NCBI GenBank assembly: GCA_043826565.1
Contig: JBDRPX010000003.1
Span: 3,614 to 67,613, forward strand
Reading direction: 5' to 3'
Source: Candidatus Omnitrophota bacterium
GTDB lineage: Bacteria; Omnitrophota; Gorgyraeia; B26-G9
Length of the DNA: 64,000 nucleotides
Of this stretch, positions 37,501 to 43,500 are shown piece after piece. The translations under genes were made by a program, and so were the position numbers. Under the pieces are notes generated by a model. It had not been told where the DNA came from and did not search any database. It saw nothing but the letters and a program-made list of their open reading frames with translations. The stretch's first letter is position 1. Every line of letters starts with the position of its first letter.

Positions 37501-40500
37501 ACTTCTTTTGCCGGTTTCTTTGCCGCGGGAATCGCTCCCTGGATCTTAGGCGGGATCGCCGCGGTCGCGCTGATCTCCACGGTTGGCGGAAAATTCGTAA
37601 AATACAAAATGCGTTTTGATAAGGATCAGCCTTATCTTGCTAAAGTAAAAGAGGGTAAGATCTGGGACGCGAATCTTTGGGAAAAAGTATCTTTGGCCAG
37701 CAGGATCGCTTTAGCTGTCGGCGCGATCTTTATGGTCCATTCTTTCCCGGCATTTACGCTTTTGCATTATATGATAAACTTTTTGTTTATCTCGGTGGCC
37801 GGGATTGAGCTCATCGGCATGGTCGTTCCGGTGCTGGAAACATTTTTCGGCACCAGATTACAGGATTTTCTGCTTTGGAGAACCGCGGTAGCTAAGAATG
37901 ACCAAGGGTCGATGGCTAAATATAACCGCCTGGAAACAGGCATGTTTAGAATTTTAAATTTTGTGTATAAATTCAAAATCGGCCGCTCAATTTTGGATTT
38001 TATCAACAGCCTGAATTTCGGGCCTTCCAAACCCGGTTCAATTCTTTTTGAATCCACGAAATATTTATTACAGCCTTCAGCTCCTTCCGGCGGTTGGCTG
38101 GGGATGATAATGGCGATAGTATCTTATATAGTCTTGACTGTAAGTTTCTTGTATGTAGGTACGTATGTCGGGCAGGCGGTTATTTCCGGATTTTTCCAGG
38201 ATGCTTTCCTGTTTGCCTGGGATGCCAAGTTCATTCTCGCGGCAGTTATTTTTGCCTTAAATAGTTATTTAATGCGTTATGCTATTTCTGTGGGCTGGTC
38301 GGCAGTGGCTTCTTTGGTCGCTGTTTTTCCGATACGTTTAGGTTTAGTTTTTGTTGTCTTTTATCTTATTTCTTTATTCCCGGTTCTGGGGTCAGGATTT
38401 GTTTTCCTGGGTCTGACCATACCGTATTTTATTCCGATCCTTTTGCTGGCCATGATGTTCGAGGAAGATATTGTAACATGGGTAACTATTCTTCGAGATA
38501 AAAGGAAAAATAAAAATTATAATGACAAACACGAAATGACTTTATTTGAATTTGCCGGCGGTGATGCCATGCGTTCATCAGTTTTTAATGATGCTAAAGA
38601 TAAAGTTGCCGAAGCTACGCATCGGGAACTGGAGCGCTGGGATTTCTTGATAAAGAAAAATGATAAAGGTATTGATTATATAAATAAGTTGCACGGCATC
38701 GAAAATAGAGATAAATTAAAGCTTTTACTGGATAATCTGCACGCGGTGGAATTCTTGCAGGGCACAACCATAGTTGACCCGTCCCAGCTTTTTGTCAAGG
38801 GACAGGAAGAAGAATGGTATGAAGATAATGATTTGCGGATCGTTTTGGAGAATGGGCATATTCCGAAAAATTTATTTGATAAGAGAATATTAGATCTATT
38901 TATAAAGACAGGAACTGTTGCAGAAGATACTAATAATCCGGGATATGTGAGGTTCGCGGAAAGTATAACTGATGAGGCAGGGTTAAATAATAATTTGAGC
39001 ACTGCTGTTACTAAGGAATTGACGGATAGATTAAAAAGAGCCCGGCCGGATTTAACAATAGAAGAGATTGACGTACTTGTTGGAAAAGAATTAGAAGGAA
39101 TAGGGAAAGAAGTAAATGAAATATGGCAGGTTGCTTCGGATATGAAGCAAAGTATTATTACCGCGATGCAGGTCAAGATGTATATGGTTTCCTTGCTTTC
39201 TTATGCCGGAGTTGCCGAAGATACCGGGACTAATTTGATCGAGATGATCCTTTCGGTTGACGGTGATCAAAAGATGAGGAATGCCAACTATGTGGTTAAT
39301 TTAGAGTCAAATTATTTCAAAGAAGATGCTAATGGCCTGCCTTCGGTAACTGATTTTTCCGACACCTCGGAACTTGGCCAGCGTTATAAAATGGCGCGCT
39401 TGATCTCGCGGTTAACTCACCGGGTTAAGCTGGTTGATTTTACAGAAGTTGTTGATGATGATGCCGAAGCTCTTTTGCGGGAATTAGCTGAGCGCGGATA
39501 CATAAACCGCGAAGGCCGGGTGCAGGAGACGTTTAAGAGATTATTGAACCGCCGCATTAACCGGAATGCTTTTAGGAGTGAAGCTTTGGTCCAAAGCCTT
39601 TTATCCGCGGGAATTATTAAGATAGATCCTCAGGATAGTAATTATGTGCGTTTTCACGGAGAAATGAGAAGCCAGTGGCAATTAGCCGAAGCTTTAAAAC
39701 AGATCGGCGGAGTGGACATTGATATGGTCGCATCTCTCTGGCAGCAGTCCAATGATGCTTCGGCAATGGAATTATCCGCCAAGTACGATGATGTTAAACA
39801 GCAGATATTTGACATTATCAAGGACAGCCATGTAAAAGCCCAGGTTGTTTTTGATGTTACTCCGTTCGGGTTTAAGTCCGCGTTTATGACCGGAAAAGAA
39901 ATGAATCCGGAAATGACCAGCCGAATTACTTCGCGTCTGATCTTAGACCGAAACGCGTATGTCGGTGATCTGAACGCGTTTTTAGTTGATTTAAAACGTA
40001 TCCGCACCGATGATACCCTGGTTGTGGTCATTCCCGGAAGAACAACCACGAATACGCTCACCTATGTGGGAAAAGCTTCGGAACTTATTGAAGCCGGGCA
40101 CCGCTCTTTTATCCGGGGCTGTATGATCATCGGCGGCCGTTCCGGAGAAAGTATTTGTACCGGCTGGGGTAATTTCCAGTCCATATCTTTGCAGAAAGTA
40201 ATGAAGATGCTCGGCGATCCGAATCTGGCGATGATGCCGACCAGCTCCCATGCTTACGCGACCCAGGGCGGATTTAAAGCGTTTATGGCCAGATTATTCG
40301 GTTTAGTGGCTTTTGACGCTGATGCCGAGCATATTAGTGAAGATGCCGCGGGTATTCATCAGGAAACAAGGATGAAGATCGGCTTGGGGATCGCGCCTTC
40401 TTTCTGGCGTTCGCGGGCTAAGTGGAGCAAATTAAGAGGAGAGAACTGGAGCCTGATGTCCTGGTTAAGCGCTTACGGCCGCTGGTCCGGAGGCCATCCG

Positions 40501-43500
40501 CAAAAGAGATTTGATAAAACTATCCAGAATATTTTAGAATACGGGCCATTATCGATCTTTGCCAAAGAGGTTAGGGCTAATTCCGGGCGCTTCTTTGACA
40601 TTGTGCTTCCGTCTTTGATTGGTATTGTTACCTATCCTTTAGCGATCAAAGCCGGTGTTTCTCCGTTTGTCGGCATATTGCTTGTTTGCTGGTACGCGTC
40701 ACTTTTATTTAACCAGATCCTGACTTTGCATGGGCTTATCCATTATATGGAAGCTGCCGGATTTAATAAAGTAACCGCGCTTTTGGGTGCGGGGATTGCT
40801 CTGTTCATGGGCTTAAATCCGGCATTTGTGATCATCGGATTCTTAGTCGGCGGGTTTATTATCGGGTTGGGAAGATGGCTGTCCATGATCGGCCCGAACG
40901 CGATCACTTTCGCGTCCCAGCTCATGGTTCATGGATTGTCTCAGCTTATCCGCCAGTCTTTAAAATTTGTCTTATCCGGTGAGGAAAAGACAGATAAAGA
41001 CGGTGTAGACGTGCGCTGGAGAACTACTGTCGGCCCGAATGAAAGTAATAAAGCTAAGCGCTATGAGACTTTTGTAAACTTTAGAACAATGGTGCGTTAT
41101 TTGGGCATAGGTATATTTGTTTTGTATTTATATGTTATTGGAAAAGACCTTGATTTTTTAAATGTTAATATGCTGCTTCCGTTTATCGGCCTGGTTGTCG
41201 GCGGCTTAGTCGGCCCGTTTACCCAAAAAATAAAAGAAGGTAAAGCCACGCCTTTAGGCGCTTTGGGCAGTTTCTTAGGCTGGGTAGCGGGATTCGGCAT
41301 CATGACCTTAGGCACAATGCTTATTCATGCCGGAATGGGTATATTCCCGTTATTAGGAGTTTTGATCATTGTGCTTCCATTTGTCGGTTTTATGGTCTGG
41401 TCTTCTAAGTATTCCCCGATGTTCCATCGGAGGATCGTCGGTTATGCGGATGTTATTAAAAAGTTCGATCTTTTTGATGGCGCAAAATTAAAACAGTTTT
41501 ATGATTTGATCGCTCATGAACCGATGTTTGATGTTAGCGGCCGCGGCCTTAAAGTGACATCTATTGATGATGTCCGGGCTTATCAAGAAAATAATACCAA
41601 GATAATTAAAGAATTCAATAATTTCGTAAAATTATTGAAAGTGCCGGATATTTCGAAAGCAAGTTTTAGCCGGCAGGATCTAGAAGCTATATTCGGAAAC
41701 AATGAAGCCTTATGGACAAAATATTTAAAAGAAGAAGCCGGAGTGTATACCGTAAAAGACGAAGTTAATACAGAGATTAAATTCCGCGTTTATCTTGATG
41801 CCAGATTTGCTAATTTTGTAGACCTGGTCAGAACAAAACAGGAATTAGGGCTTGCTCTTGAATTCAGCGATAAAGAAATTATGGATTGTTTTTATTCTTT
41901 AGACAGATTTCAGAATTTAATTGGTAATGAATTTATGGATAGAAAAAAGCGAAATTTTATCATAAATTTATTGGGGGATAAAAAAGATAAAATTTCTGTG
42001 CCGAATGCAGGAACATTAGAATTCTTTGATGAAAAGAATAAGGGTATTATTGTGGAATATAGTAAGTGGCTGTCAATATTAGAAAAAAATGTGGAATTTG
42101 ACAGGACACAATTAGAAAGAGCATTTGGTGAAAATCAGGAGTTGTGGGATAAATACTTAGAGGCTAAACTTTATGTGCTCAGTGATGGAGTAGATAAGGA
42201 TGAACTTTTGGCGTATGTAGAGAGGGTTTTCTCAGAAGAAAAACGCGAAGAGTTAAAGAAACTGATGGAAAATTCTAGGATTGAATTTAGTAAAGATGAC
42301 CTGCTTGAAATATTTGGTGAAAATGAAGAGTGGATGAAATATTTTAAAGAAGCAAATATTTATATTCTCAAGGAAGGGATTACCCCATACCAGTTTCGTG
42401 ATTATTTGGAAACAGTTATTGATAAGGATAATGAGGAAAGTGTAAGGGGGCTGTTAAATATATTAGAAGATGTTACCAAGGAATTTAGCGAGGAAGCTTT
42501 GAATGTATTGTTTGGGGAAAAGAACAAACAATGGGCTAAGTATTTAGTTGGAGTAAGCGAAGGCAGGTATAGATTTAGAGAAAATATTGTGAGATCTCTT
42601 GTGGAGGAAATAGAATTCCGCAAACATCTGGATAAAAATTTTGCCGGGTTTGCTTTATTTATCAGGGAAGAAGGAGCCTTGAGAAAACTGTTCAGCAAGG
42701 TGGATGTTTCCAAAAAATTTGATGAAGGCCGGGTCGCAAAGGAAGCTTTTGGTAATAAAAAAATAGTCGCATTACTTTTGGATAATAAAATCATTCAAAA
42801 TGATGGTGAAAATAATAAATATGTATATTTTAATAAGGATATATTGGATGAAACAGAATTAAAAAAACGTTTAGGGCAAAAAGAACTGCAGGAAGAATTG
42901 AAGGCAATAAATGCCGATGCTAAAGGTATTATTGTATCTCTTTGGCAGAAAGCTCATAGTAATTTTAGGGGGTATATGAAATGGATATACCAGTCATTTA
43001 TGCGTTCTTTCGCGATTTCCTTCTTCCTGTTCAGTTTCTTATTGGTCGTGCCTTTGCCGAGTATTTTGGTTTTTGATGTGGGAATGTATCATAAAATGGT
43101 ACTTCCGATGATCTTACTGGTGAAGTTTGTCGGCGCTCTTTTAGTAACTGTTTACGGATTTAAGATCTTAGGCCCGGTAGTAACCGGACATATTACCCGA
43201 AAGGTTCTTACCAGTAAGATTAAAGTAGTTGAGGAAAATTTCCGGCAGCTGATCAAAGAAGACCGTTTGGACCGGGCGACTTTGAGCCAGGTCAAGGCTT
43301 TATTACACCATATCAGTGTATGGATGCATCAGGAAAATTACGGCTGGGTAAAAGCGGATCTGGCAACTGTAAAACGTCTGCTTAAAGCTGCTTCTCCGGA
43401 AAGTCCGGATAGTGAAGAAGGATCAGAAATAGAACAGCCTGTACAGCCTGAACCGCAAGCACTTCCTGATGATTTTATTGCTCCGGAAATCCCGCAAGCA

